Below, piece by piece: positions 1-13,012 of a DNA stretch of 64,000 nucleotides (its first letter is position 1; every line of letters starts with the position of its first letter). Source of the stretch: Vicugna vicugna (lineage: Eukaryota); assembly GCA_013265495.1 (NCBI GenBank), contig MU058065.1:4257003-4321002 (forward strand), read 5' to 3'. The notes beneath the pieces were generated by a model. The model ran no database searches. It was given only the letters and a program-made list of their open reading frames with translations, and was not told the DNA's origin. Both the position numbers and the translations under genes were made by a program.

Positions 1-320
1 TGATATTATTTCTTTCAATAAACTACCATGGATTAAGCCCCTGTTAACTGAAAATCAGGCTCAAGTCTTATCATAATAAATTAACTGAAGCCCTAAGGTA
101 CAGCTGGCTTCAGAGAGCGCACGCCAGTGACATTTTAAAATGTGGGCCTGGAAATGAAAAGAATCTGGGTTATGTCTGGTTCTTTTGTGTTTACCTCTTA
201 CTTAAAGACCTTGCAAGAATCAGCTTTCTTGATATGCAGAGTCGTTGACAATGTATTTGTGATTGGAAAGAAACTAGGCAATATTTTCTCTCCCACTTGT
301 TCAGCAAGACAGAAAGCAAC

Positions 321-785
321 TGTACTGCTCAGGGTTCTCCAGAGAAATAAAGAACTAATAGAAGATACACCTCTATCTCTCTACAGAGAGGTAAAGACAT
401 AGGTGCACAGAGAGACTTTTTATGAGGAATTGGTTCACAAAATTATGGAGGATGAAAAGTCCCATGGTCTGCAAGCAGGAGACTCAGGACCACCAGTGGT
501 GTAATTCAGTCCCAAGTCCAAAGATCTCTGAGAACCAGGGGAGCCAACGGTGTAAATCCCAGAGATAAAGTGTCTCCGCTGTGAGGCAGGGAAACAGACA
601 GGGGTCCCTCCATCCATGTCCTAGCATACTGGATGCGCTCAGCCACATTGCAGAGGGCAGTCTACTGAGTCCACGGATTCAGATGCTCATCTCATCTGAA
701 AACACCCTCACAGACACACCCAGAAATCCGGGTTCACCTGGGCCCCACCAGCTAGTCAGACTGACACATAAAAATAACCATCACA
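321..785 (-). mobile_element. MLT2-type (ERVL) solo LTR
   Basis: Hallmark MLT2 blocks: cagggttctccagagaaa, ctgagaaccaggggagcc, aacaccctcacagacacacccagaaat, ending taaccatcaca (reverse complement of the tgtgatggtta LTR start). Confidence 0.85.
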
Positions 786-924
786 TCACTGGTATCTCCC
801 CTTACGTTTTCTAGAATGAGCTGGTGGCGTGGTGTCGAAATTGTCAGATGTAATCTTAATAATTCTGAGACTGATTTCGGGGTACTGCCGTATGGGATTT
901 TACATGATTGGGGGAATTGCACGC

Positions 925-1275
925 AAGTTTCTGTAATAAATGACCCCTAGTCTCCGTGTTTAACACACAAAAATTTTATTTCCAGCTCACAGCACAGCCT
1001 GATGAAGAGTCAGAGGATCTTCCTGGCAACTTTCCAATCAGCGACTCAGGAATCCAGGCTCTTTCCCTCCTGTGAGGCTGCCATGTTCAACACGTGGTGT
1101 CCAAGGCCACCATGTAAGAGGAAGAGAAAGTGGAAGATTGTGTTGAAGGTTTTACAGCCAGGCTTGGAAAGGGCTTGTATTCCTGCATCCTTCGTCTCAT
1201 TGGCCAGACCCAGTCACGTGGGTCTGGAGGCCTGTTTGGAGTCTGGGAAAGAAGCACGGGAAGAGAGACTGTAGC
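925..1275 (-). mobile_element. Old MLT1 (ERVL-MaLR) LTR fragment, MLT1K/L-like
   Basis: tcaggaatccaggctctttcc...ctgccatg...tccaaggccaccatg and cattggccagacccagtcacgtgg resemble the old MLT1 consensus. Confidence 0.65.
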
Positions 1276-1767
1276 GGCTCAGCAGCCAGCCGGTCTCCAC
1301 CTCGTACAGGAGCCCCAGGCCAGCAGGGGAGGTCAGGGGGAGCTTCCTGTGGCAGTCAAGTGCACCTGCAAGCTTTGTGTGATCTCCCGTAAGCATGTCC
1401 AGTGGCCATTTCCCAGAGGTGCAGACAAACGTGAGCCATGCTCAGACTTGCTACAGCACTTGCGTTCTCGTCCTTGTCTACCCAGATGCTTCAGGGATTG
1501 CCTTTTCCTTTCTGCATCACAGGTCTCTACACTCTGGCTGCTCACAATCTTCTGTTTCTACACAAAAGTGCCTGCCTTTTGGGGTTTAAATTGCCTTAGT
1601 GACTCAGTTTCCCATGGAGGAGAGGGAGATGGGGAGCTTAGAATGAACTCCAGTCCAAGCAACAGATCTGAGGTGTTATTTTTCCTCCAAAACCGCACCA
1701 CCTTAAGCACTTGATGTCTATTAGACGGACAAATTCTGATACAGCCTAAGAATTAAGAGCTAAAGTG

Positions 1768-2258
1768 TAACCTAGGTGACCATCGTCAGATGACTGGACA
1801 AAGATGCAGTGGTGTATGTATACAATGAAATGCTACTCAGTCGTAAAAAAGAATGAAGTAATGCCGTTTGCTGCAACATGGATGGACCTGGAGATCATCA
1901 TACAACGTGTAATAAGCCAGAAACTGAAAGAAAAATATGATGTCACTTATATGTGGAATATTTAAAAAAAAAAGATACAAATGAGACCCACAGACATAGA
2001 AAACAAACTTCTGGTTATCGGGGGGAAGAGGAAGAGTGATAAATTGGGAATTTGGAATTTGTAGATATTAACTACTATATATAAAATAGATAAACAACAA
2101 GGTCCTGCTGTGTAGCACAGGAAACTACATCCAATACCTTGTAATAGCCAATGTAAAACAGAATATGAAAATGAATATATATATAAATGAATTACTAGGC
2201 TGTACACCAGAAATTAACATGTAGTAAAGTGACTACACTTCAATTAAAAAAAGAAGAA
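1768..2258 (+). mobile_element. 5'-truncated L1 (ORF2 end, 3'UTR, A-rich tail), relatively young
   Basis: gcaacatggatggacctggagatcatcat ORF2 end; 3'UTR ends gactacacttcaattaaaa; perfect 13-bp TSD aagagctaaagtg at 1755-1767 and 2259-2271. Confidence 0.95.
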
Positions 2259-2354
2259 AAGAGCTAAAGTGCAGGCTCAGAGGACTTCATTCCTTTAAGC
2301 CTTTGCCAACAATGACCTGCCAGCCATATACTAAACTCTGTTTATTTGAATACT

Positions 2355-2500
2355 CGCAACAGCCTATGACAGAAGCATGCTTATGCCCATTCTGTAGATA
2401 TAAACACTAAGGCTTAAGCTGGTTAGACAACTAGCCCAAAGCCCCCCTGCTTATGAGGATGGAATTTAGGATTTAAAGACAAAGAGTTGGAATCCAGAGA
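2355..2500 (-). mobile_element. MIR SINE remnant
   Basis: cccattctgtagatataaacactaaggctt...actagcccaaag matches the reverse MIR core. Confidence 0.65.
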
Positions 2501-3084
2501 CTGCTTATAGCCTCTAGTCCCACTGCCAGGCTGTGTGGTGAACCCAGGTGGCTCCCTCCTATATGATTAATCGATTTGTCAGGTGGGTGTGTTCCAGTTT
2601 GGTGACGATGCTACACGCCATTGTGAGCAGGTGTATCTGCCGGTGCATTCTTCTCCAAACACTGCTAGCCTCTTCTGGTGCCAGATAGCTTACTGTTGAC
2701 CGATTTAGCATGTTCATTATTTCTGGTAAGCTCTAGTGAATTAACCTATACCTTAAGTACAGTGTTTACCTTACACACTGTGTTTCGTGAGAATTAATTT
2801 CCAAAGCCTACTTTTCACTAAGAGCAGAGTGTCATCTATTATCGCTAAGATACCTCCATCTGATATACAGTGGGGGAGGAAGTGGTGATTTTCTTTAATT
2901 ATCCTTTTCATGTTCTAAGCATAAAAGCCACGGACAGCACTTCTCTAATGCCATTCGTCACTTTGATGATGGCCTGTGACAAAGAGAGGCTAGTCATTAA
3001 CCAAATAGAAACAGAAGATGGGTCCAAAGACAAGAGCAAAATTAACCCAAGTAGAGGCTGAGCATAATGGAATAAAAAAATGCA

Positions 3085-3275
3085 CAGACTTGATGTGAGC
3101 CTTACCTTGGCCACTCACTATCTGTGTGACCTTGGGCAAATCACTTAACCCCTCTTGACCCTCAGTTTACTCATCTTTAAAATGGGAATCAAAATAATAA
3201 ATAAATAGATAAAAATAAAATGAGAGTCAGTGATCCTTACTTTGTCAGGGTCTTGTGAGAATTCAGTGCAATCAA
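3085..3275 (+). mobile_element. MIR SINE
   Basis: ctgtgtgaccttgggcaaatcacttaacc...ctcagtttactcatctttaaaatggg is the MIR core. Confidence 0.9.
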
Positions 3276-3449
3276 TTCTAGGAGAGCAGGAGCGGCAAAC
3301 ATGGATGCCTACTTCGGCCAGTTAGGCCATGTGAGTGAGTGATGCTTTCCAAATGTGACACAATACAGCACAGGTAAGCATTTAGATAAAGCAGCAGGTG
3401 GATCAGATGTTAATGAGTAGTATTAAATAGATGGTAGGTTGGGGCCAGA

Positions 3450-3635
3450 AGGGTTTTATGGCCAAATAAGATTGAAAACCAGTGACGCATTTCACTTCTC
3501 CCTTTTGGAGATTCAGAAAGCATTTTAATTTAATACATTGCTACATCGAAGCCTCTGAGAAGTCCTGTGGTAAAGGAAATGATTTTGCCAGTTTAACCTT
3601 GCATTTTCCAAAGATATTTGAAAATGAAGCCCTTT
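3450..3635. mobile_element. Ancient interspersed repeat, probably a DNA-transposon fossil (family uncertain)
   Basis: ctctgagaagtcctgtggtaaag...gtttaaccttgcattttccaaa; a related block occurs at about 39905-39975. Confidence 0.45.
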
Positions 3636-5479
3636 TTACATCTCCATAGAATGAAAGTTCCCTGCAACACATTTGGGACATCTATTCTTTGAGGTTTCAG
3701 ATGAGAAAACTGAAGGAGAGAGAAGCCAACAGATGCAGCCCACATTGCACAACTTTGAGCCCCCGTTCCTTGACTCCCAGCTCACAATGCATCTACCGCA
3801 ACACCCCAAGGCAGATTCCAATAATTTACCTGTGTTTGCAGCTGCATGGAGATTTGTCTTTTGTTCACTTGTGGTCTAGGGTCTGCCATTCTGTCTAGGG
3901 ATGGCACGAGTGAGGTGGGAGCATCGGTTGGAAAGTTTGTGCTACTGGAAAGTGTGAATGTTGAGTCCTGATTTGGGAGCCCAGAGAGGAGGTTTTAAGT
4001 CATGAAATGACCAGTGTGAGCCAGCCATGACCTGAGCAAAATGTCTGAATTCTTCTAGACATAGTAAAGAACCAAATGGATTCTGACAGTGAAAAAAATA
4101 CCCCAGACACTTAAATCAACAACCTAATTAGGACTAGTAGCTCGATGGTGGGCTTTGGCCTCAGTTATTTTACCCTTTCCCTTTGGAGGAAGTGCCTTGA
4201 GCCATTGACTGCTCCCAGTTGAATGAGTAATAGACCCCTGACATATCTTGTTTCTGGCAATTGCCCTGGATATAATTCTTTGTTTACAGCCCTGCTGTAG
4301 AAAACTTGATGAATGCTTAGAAGAAAATAGAATTAGGACCTAAGGACCCAGTTAAAATCAACTTAGTAGAACATAGACATTGCTTTGTGTAGAGCTGGAA
4401 AAGATAGCCATGAGAGAAAGTGGCTTTAACATGCACCCAGAGAAACTATATATTACACACATAATATGTAAGAGGCAATTATGGCTCGGTAATCTGCAGT
4501 GTATCACTACCTAGCAATCAGATTGACGTATTCTAATGAGACCCATGTTGTTTGTAATCAGACTGGCATTGCTTATTCAGATCTCTATTCCATAAGATGC
4601 ACTTTTAAATGGCTCAGATTGCACCAGATGCTATAAGAAATAGTGTTCCATTTTATTCCATTACCAGCATTTTTCCCTCTTCCAATTAGCATAATTTAAA
4701 ATCAGCCAGAGGCAAATGTGAGGGGCTGAAAAGTTGCAAAGAAGCTCAAGAACTACTTGATAGAAAAAGGCAAGAAGACACACAGGCACGATTTTTTATG
4801 TGAGCAAGAGACCATTCCAATTAATAGAGTTCTTATTTTTTCAATTGCCCAGAATTTATTCCTGTGACTTATTGAAATATTAGAACCTCTCAGGGGGCTA
4901 ATTGCCCTGTAGGTTCTTCTTGCTTATGTATTATCTTGTGGATGACATAATAGGATCACCACCTCATTTACCATTCAGTTAAGGTTTAATTGAGTTCATC
5001 TTCCATTCTTCGCTTAAAATGGCCAGGAACTTAGAGAATCAAAACAAATTCTCATTTGTAAAATGAGAAGATGCCTGTAAATTGCCTCTTTATAATTCAA
5101 GTCCCGGCTGTTTATAAAGTATCTGAAGTTAAAATCTGAGCTAACATAATACACATTTTTCCCTGATGTAATTTGCAGTGATGCTAGAAACAGTGCTTTT
5201 TAAATAAGTTTTTAAAATAAGGATTTGCACCTGATGTTGAGAGACTGCATTTCCAATGCTGTGTCTCCCCAGTATCTTTGCATCGTCCTCACAATAAGGT
5301 ATAAACTCCCCCAGGCTGTGTCTTGGGCTTTTGCTGGTAGCCCAACCAGCATTCTCTTCCTCTTGGCTTTCTTCCTAATAGCACCTAACATGAGGACCCA
5401 GGTCCTCTCTATGTCATTTGAGTAGGACTGACCCATCCCTCAGTTATAGTTACCCTAATGGGTCTGAATTAGAATAAAC

Positions 5480-6095
5480 CCTTGACACAGGATTGGTTCA
5501 GAGAAGGTCCAATCAAAGTGGAACTTCAGACTCCTTTTCCATAGTATGGGAAGCCATGTTTCTGGAACCCTGCCCCATCCCCACATGAACAAAAGGTACC
5601 ATTTCCCCTGGCAGCCATTCTGGGGTCTCGAGAAAAGTCATCCTCAGGATGAAGGTGCCACAGGTGACAAGCATCTCAGAGACACAGAGCTGGATCCAAT
5701 GGTCTCCCGGAGCCAGCTTGTACCAACCAGTCCACGAGAGCTGATTGTTAAATTTTGAGGAATCTTGTGAGCTGGTTAATATTATGTTGGTAGCTTAAAT
5801 TTGGCCACGGTGGAAGTATTCACACCATGGAAATCTGCAAACCCCAAGAACCAGGGCTGTTGCTGCTTTCTCTTCTCCTTCTCCTCCACTTTCTTCCTCT
5901 TCCCTCTCCTCCTCGCCTCCAGAGCTGGCTGTTCAACATTTACTGAATTTCCACCCACTGGACCTCCAAAATGAATCACCCCTGAAGCCTGGCTTCCTCC
6001 TGTGCTTTTCATATCAGAAGTCTGGAAAGTCTCCTTTATTGTTAAGTCCATTGACTCAGATGATTTTCGGTTACTGCTGACCAAGGCATATCCAC
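5480..6095 (+). mobile_element. Old MLT1 LTR interrupted by MER63
   Basis: gattggttcag...ccaatcaaagt and ggcagccat on the left; cccctgaagcc...cctttattgttaagtcc...ttcggttact 3' end on the right. Confidence 0.55.
5697..5960 (+). mobile_element. MER63-type hAT DNA transposon
   Basis: ggagccagcttgtacc...gagagctgattgttaaatttt...gtattcacaccatggaaatctgcaaac...aacatttac...ccactg. Confidence 0.8.
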
Positions 6096-6124
6096 AATGA
6101 CCTACAAAGTTCTCTGTGATAACA

Positions 6125-6295
6125 AGAGCTAACACTTACGGAACGTTTACTAAGGACCAAGAACTGCGCTAAGTGCAAATTCACTTTAGCTCAAATAAAA
6201 CATCCACCTTTAAAAAAAAATGGTATCTTTATTATTTCTGATTTACATATGAAGAAACTAAGCCTCATGGTGCAAGAACCACTTATCCAAGTTTG
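6125..6295 (-). mobile_element. MIR SINE remnant
   Basis: agctaacacttac...gctaagtgc...tttacatatgaagaaactaagcctca. Confidence 0.7.
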
Positions 6296-6309
6296 AAAGA
6301 GACCTACTT

Positions 6310-6697
6310 ACAGTTTTCCAAATGCACCAAGCTTTTCATGCCTTAGTTGAATGCCATGCTGCCGTTGAATCTTTTTATATACCGTGTCTGCTTGGTTAAT
6401 GCCTATCATCCTTCAAGATCCTGAGTCAGTGCCTCACAAAAGTCTTCTTCATCCTCTTAGTCTGAGCCGCTGACTCCTCACATCGCCTTGCGTCTACCTC
6501 GCTGAGAAGGTTTCTAATGATGCCGAGTACTTACTGATTTTCTAGTGGTTTCCCCCACTAGACTCCAAGATCAACAGAATCTTAGAAATCTGAGGAATCT
6601 TTTCTTTTTCTCGTCTGTATCTTCATGCGTAGTTCCATGGCTGCCACGTGGGAGCTGTGTAAGTAATGCTGGATGAATCAGTTGAATGAATGAATGC
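6310..6697 (+). mobile_element. L2 LINE 3' end
   Basis: catccttcaagatc, cccactagactccaag, tgtatcttc and the terminal ttgaatgaatgaatg repeat typical of L2. Confidence 0.75.
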
Positions 6698-6929
6698 ATC
6701 CTTGTGATGTGTTTTTGCTGCACTGAAATTCAAGGAAAGAAGAAATCCACTGTCAGTACCGTTAATACATAATCTCATACTAAATATGTGGATCATTATA
6801 AAGCTATCAAAACTCCTTGTCTCCTTCATTTTTCTCATTTTCCACATCACCATCTTTCATCATCATGCATGGTCTGTCTAGGTACTGGGCAGACGGAAGA
6901 AGGTGTTGAGAAGTATTAGAAAGATCACC

Positions 6930-7120
6930 GGCTTTTGTGTCGATAGACTGGACATGAATTCTAGCTCCATCCCTTCCTACCTGGGTCAACTTAGGCAATT
7001 TGCATACTTTCCTCATCTGTTAAATGGGACTGAGGTCTAATATTTAAGGTTGCTGTGTGAAAGTAAATAGTTCTTAAATGACCAGGTGTGTGGTAATAAG
7101 ACATTTAAGAAACGGTAACT
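6930..7120 (+). mobile_element. MIR SINE remnant
   Basis: gaattctagctcc...acttaggcaatt...tttcctcatctgttaaatggg. Confidence 0.75.
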
Positions 7121-7663
7121 CTTTATCTGCATGTCCTACAACCTTAGTCATATATGTATTTCCCCCAACCCTGAGGATATCACCTAAGATTTAGTGTCTG
7201 ATCTCCATTTACTCAGTTTGGATATTACAAACTACAATTGCATCCTGCTGATACTAATTGTAATCATGTATAACAACAACCACAAATGTTACTGTACGCT
7301 GCGAGGGGCTGGAGTCTTTTTAAGCCGAAAGCCTGTTACTTATGAGTTTGTAAGAAGTTTCTTATTGTCGGATCAGGCTATGCTATGTCTCCAGATTTAT
7401 TACATTTTTCTTATTAGATCCTCCCGTGTGTGTGTGTGTATGTTGCTGGCACTTGCTCACAGGATATTAGAATGTGGATCAGACCATGACAAGGGTGATG
7501 TGTACTTTGTCATGATTTTTTTTTGTATTTCTTTGAAAAATTAAAACTTTGAAAAACATTTCTTGAAAAAAGCTGGGCAGATCTTAGCAACTTGGACTGA
7601 GTAACTCTTGCCCTACATGTGGTGTGATTTAAGGCTGACTGTGCTGGGCTTTGGAAAACATCC

Positions 7664-8365
7664 TGTTGATTCTAATTAATATCGTGTCTGGGCCATCAGG
7701 CCAGACCGTACATGATGGGTGGTCATGTTTCCCTGGATGAAGTTTAATCACGATCAATTATCCTGGAAGGAGGAAATTCTTGGGCTGGACATGAGCCGAC
7801 CCTTGGACCGGTGGGGAGGCCATTATATGGGTCCCCAGGTGGGGACGTGAAGGTGGTCCTGGACTCTAGGCATGGGAGTATTTGGAGTGTTTCCAGTGGT
7901 GAGAATTAGTGGGCCCTTGTGCAAGGAGGCAGGTGGGGAGATAGGATGGGTGTTGACTTAATAAGAGGATCTGAGGTAGATCTGGGGCATGTGGGATGGT
8001 AGCAGTGTGAGTTATAACTTGTAACCCTAAACCTCAGTTAAGTTGTGAGTAAATCACATCCTCCCTAATCCCTTCCCAATTGTAACGTGGTGAAGTGGGT
8101 TGAGCAGGAAGCTCATGATAAAACCAGGGAGGAGGCAGTGGAGTCCTGTAGTCAAAAATAGCTGCCTGGAAGAGGAGTGCTATCGTGTGGATGGTCAGCA
8201 GCATAGGAGAAAATGCAAAAAGGAGGAAGCTGATGGATTTGTTGCGGACCACTTGGGAGGCAGGATCTAGGAAACACTCAGAACACTTCGACAAGGCTAC
8301 TTGCCAGGAGTTGGCTGGAAAGAGTTCAGATCCTAATAGCTTGGACCTGAAAAGAAAATGCAACA
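7664..8365 (-). mobile_element. Candidate solo LTR (unassigned family)
   Basis: Bounded by tgttg...caaca; on the minus strand a TATA-like atataa (7823-7828) precedes attaaa (7743-7748) about 80 bp from the end. No clear TSD. Confidence 0.35.
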
Positions 8366-8404
8366 TAACTTTGTAGCCACAGGCATATGAGGTTGATGAC
8401 TTAT

Positions 8405-8590
8405 GAGTTCTACATAGATTTCGTATCTTATTTAATTTCCACAACAACCAGGTTGCAAGTATTATTACTCCTGTGTTACAGCTATATAGCTGTCATACTG
8501 AGAATAAAATTCATGTTTTAACTTCTTATAGAACGGCCATGCTGAGATTTGAGCCATATCCACCTGCCACCAACGATGCTGTTCTTCCTA
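8405..8590 (-). mobile_element. MIR SINE remnant
   Basis: tcttatttaatttccacaacaacc...tattattactcctgtgttacag...gagatttgagcc. Confidence 0.65.
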
Positions 8591-9283
8591 TAATACCGTC
8601 ATGCCTCTTACACGAGTGAAATTAAAGTGGAGAGAAATGTGGTTCATTGGTTAATTTCTTGTGGCATTTCCACAAGCAGACCTGTAAAAGTACTGCTTTC
8701 TGTTTGTTTCAGTAATTCTTTTGGTATAAGCTGCTTAGCATTATGGTTGTCTGTGCAAGTATCTTAATGGAGGAGTAGGATGTAGGGGAAATTTGTGTTT
8801 TTGTAAGAACCAGCAACATTTCACTTCTTCAGTAAGACTTTTCATTCTCTGGTCAATGGCCTGAAATCGATTTCCCCCCAGCTGTTGGCCAATATGATAG
8901 AAAATCTACTTAGTGTAATAGGTACTTTCTCCTCGAGCTGTTAAAAAAGAATATTGTACAGTTTAGAATCCACTGGATGTAGCCCCCAGCCCCGCCACCA
9001 AGAGCTTTGCGAGGGCAAATATGTCACTCGTGACTCCTTATTCCAAAACCCAGATTTGTGCTTCCTGATCTCTCATGTCTTTCTGCTCTAAAATTCAATG
9101 TATAAATTCAATTTCTTGGCTCCTAGGTAGGAGTTCCTGAATTCCAGGATGTTTATACACAGACTCAGAAAAGAAGGCAGCACTGATGTTTAGCAGCTAC
9201 ACACTGGTGCTACTGTAGCAGTCGCTGCAATGCTAGTTGGTGCATGGCTTCTGTTCCGAAGCACCCTGAGTGGCCGTATTAAC

Positions 9284-9327
9284 TTTGGTGTCCTCATTAG
9301 CCCCCTTTGGTGTCCTCATTAGCCCCC
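9284..9327. repeat. Perfect 22-bp tandem duplication
   Basis: tttggtgtcctcattagccccc twice, head to tail. Confidence 0.95.
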
Positions 9328-11574
9328 GATGCAGCCTTGCGATCAACAAATCAAGGCATTTCATGGAATCTTATTATTTTTTGAAAGGTTTAAAAATAAT
9401 TTCATGCATATAAAGTAATAATAATAACTCTGACTAGAGAGTGGGGACATAAAATTTAAAAAATCTAGGATAGATAAAGAGAGAAAAGCAATGATTATCC
9501 CAGAGCATCAATGTGGTTGACATGAAAACTAAACGCCATACTATACATGCCTAGCCTTCTGGATCATTCTGGGTCTTTTCTTTCTTTTTTTCCCCTCCTT
9601 TCTTTTTTCTATTCCATCCGAGTTAAAGAAATTCATATCTTCAGATTTTTTTTCTGAATCTTTTACCTAGAATTGTCAACCAAACAGAGCTTTGAGTAGG
9701 TAGATATCTTTCATTAAGAAATGAGACATTCAGTACTTTGAGACTGAAAACACATAGAAAGAAGAAAATATTTCTCATGCTATTAAAATGAGCTCAAAGT
9801 GCTTCTTTTATTTATTCCCTTATTCAAAAAATGAACAGAATGGTCGGTGGTGTCTTGGATGGTAAAAAGATTGAGACACAATGCAAGGTCTTTTAGTGAC
9901 CTGCAGCCACTGTTCCTTGCAAAATGTAATCTAATAATCCTCTATTCCATTTAAGGACTATAGGAGCTTGTACATTTCTAGACATTTTAAATGATTTGCC
10001 CACTGACCCTTCAAGCCCTTCTGATCCAAGCATTGTCATTACCCTTGCTTGACGGGAATTCAGGTGGACTGAAGCTGAGTGGGATCTTGGATGCTAATAT
10101 ATGCCCTGCTGGCCTGTGGTTTTCTTTCTTATAAGTCAGCCACATTGTCCAAAAAGGTCCCCGCAAAATACAAGTGCGTGGCTCTGAGTTTTTGTTCTTC
10201 TGATTGACGTGAGTAACTTTCAGAAAGCTCTCCGAAGTTCTTTGAGGATCTATTGCTATTCTCGACAGAGTTTTGTAGTTGATTGCTTTGAAGCCCACTT
10301 ATCTTCCTTAGCTGATTGAAGATGTCGGCGATGTGCTTTTTTTAATTAGTTTGTGAAGTGGGTGGAGTTGGAGCAAAGTCAATTTCATCTTGCTAAAATC
10401 CAATCAATGCTAGTTGACTGAATGACTTTAGTTTATTTAGCTGATTGACCCTGGACTTCTTCAGAAGTTGTTTTCTCTTATTTTCAATTTTGATGATTAA
10501 AAAAATGATTTAATTACAGAAGTCACTTTTATGTTGCTTAATATCTTGGCATGAAATTTACTCTACTTTTGCACGTCATGTATAACTCAGAAGGCACACA
10601 GTCACCTTCTGTGGAATTCAATATTTGCTGTTCCAAACTATCAATGAGACAGCACACTTTTTTTTACTTTCCATTTCTTTTACAGTGCAGACAAGTATTT
10701 ACAGAAAGAAAAGATTGACCAAACCTTGGCAAAAATATTTACAGCATATTAACTTTTGTTTTGATTTTCTTTAGGGTTTTTATGCAGTATTTTGCAAGTA
10801 AGTCCTTTCACTGGTTAAACTTTTCTTGTTGCAGTAGTGAATAGAAAAATGGTGGTTCCCATTTATTTGGAGAAGAATTATTGTGACTGCCTTCTTGGAT
10901 ATCAAGCTGAAATGCTTACAAAACCATTTCACATCCCAAACAACAACCAACCAAATTTTATTTCTGTCAAAATAATAGAAACAAATGGTTCCAGAGCAGA
11001 GATGCTGCTAGTAAACACTTTCATCAGAATCAAGCACTGTGGCTATTAAAATTCATCCAAATTAAATGTTTATTTATGAAACAAATGTCTTCTTTTAAAA
11101 TATTTCAAAATATTCAGCTAAGGAACCCTGTGGGGTGAATCTGCTTATGTGAAATATCTGTGAGTCATGAGAGTCTAATTAGAGAAAACGTCAGTGAACT
11201 TCTCTTTCAAAGGAAATATGAGGACTGAATTTTTAAGGTGGTAGTGAAAACTTGCACTGAAGGTTTATTTCCGAATGCCATGTTTAAGAACTTCTACTAG
11301 CTGACTCATGAAGAACATGGGCAGGTCGCTGTAACTCAACTGTACCAAGCGATCGGGCTGTGTCCCAAAGTGGATTCAAGTTCTTGTTTCATTTTGATTG
11401 GTTTGGTCCTGGAATGTCTGAAGGGGACAGATGAGGAGGGAAAAAAACAGAAAAGCATTGGAATGGATAGATTCGTGTCTACCCTCCTGGCTCAGCCTGA
11501 GGGGTTGATTTTGAGACCAGAGAAGAAGATAAAAGTTGCCTCCTGAAGCATAAAATCTGCATACAAATTGTCCT

Positions 11575-11811
11575 AAAATGCCAAACACATTTCAAGCACC
11601 TGCATATGTCGTGTACACTAACATCTCACTGGTGAGAACTAGTTACATGGCTGAATTCAAGATCAAAGGGTATGGAAGTCCATTCACCCACCATGAGGTC
11701 AAAGCAAGTCATGTGCCTAAGACCAACATCAGTGGGTGGGGACATATTCTTCTGTCAGGAGGGACGGGGAGGTGAGTAAATATTTCCTTAACAACATTAT
11801 GATCTACCACA
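11575..11811 (-). mobile_element. MLT1 (H/I-like) LTR fragment
   Basis: ctaacatctcactgg...agttacatggc...caaagcaagtcatgtg...ending atctaccaca (reverse complement of the tgtggtaga start). Confidence 0.7.
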
Positions 11812-12582
11812 AGTGGTAAAGCCAGAAAGCAGAGATACGTGTTCAGGAGCGATTTATGAGTGTTGGGCCAAACAGTGCTAAGGACCATAGTGCAATTTTG
11901 ACACCCAGGGTTTAGATGAAGCCCAGTGGTTCACTAGTGGAGAACTGATGAACATGGTGGAGGCCTCTTGCCTGTAGTCAGTGGCCAGATGCCTTGGTAA
12001 GATGTTGGAGCAGTGAAGAGGAGTGTAGTTGTTGCTGACCCCACACCAGATGCTACCACCCCTGGGGAATCTAAAAAATACCTGGGAGAGACTTTCAGAG
12101 GGCTCAACTTCTAAACAAGCAGGAGAATTGGTACAGATTAATTTATATTTGTTTCCTTTGGACATTACTGCTTTATACATGAAGAGGGAGGGTGACTCCA
12201 CTTACTAGATAATTCCAAACTAAAGCCCCCAGTGAGTCTTATATCCATGTTGTGAAGATAAGATAACATATTTTGCCTGCAACTGCATGTTTATGTAGAG
12301 GATGGTCTACAGAACTTATTTTTAGACAAATAATGGAATGGATATGTGTATCCAGGGGTGATTTCAGTCAACAAACCATTGAACAAACAATTAAAAAAAA
12401 ATTGGAAACAATTTGAATGTATACAATGTGATTTTGCCATTTTATCTTAAAAAGCCACAGAACTTCTATTTTTGGAAGCAGCTCATGATCCTACCTGCTC
12501 CTCCATCTGCCATCCTTTCCCTAGCAACACATACATATGGATGTCGTCACATCACGGTGGCTATAAGCATGAGCATGGGAGT

Positions 12583-12985
12583 TGTGTGCGGCAGACGGCT
12601 CACTTCTCATCAAACCCATTTCCTCTTCCTCCTGAATACAAAGCTAGATTTTATTTCACAATTTCCTTGAGGGTAATTGTGGCCACGTAACTGAGTTCTA
12701 GCCAATGGAATGTGAGCAGAAATGATGTTATGTCTCTCTTAAGACTGACCCAGAAAAACCTGTTTGATTTTCCACATTCTTTCCCTTTCCGGAGCTTGAT
12801 GTAGACAAAAATGTCAGTCTTGGAAGCCATATATTGAAGATGGTGAAGGCACAAAATGGAAAGATACTGAGTCTTTGAGCTACCACTTGGCGAGACACTC
12901 ACTGATCAGGGCTTCACATGAGAGAGAAACAGACTCCTTTCATGTTTGAGACTGTGTGGCTACAGACAAGTTATCTGTCCTCTAT
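12583..12985 (+). mobile_element. MLT1J-like LTR
   Basis: gtggccacgtaactgagttctagccaatggaatgtgagcagaaatgatg...ggaagccatatattgaagatgg. Confidence 0.85.
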
Positions 12986-13012
12986 GCTCATCAATTTCCA
13001 CACCTGTAAAAT

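Noticed and set aside
1130..1714. 194-aa ORF, the longest in the window
   Set aside because: GTG start inside an MLT1 LTR, no recognisable domain and no supporting exon structure.
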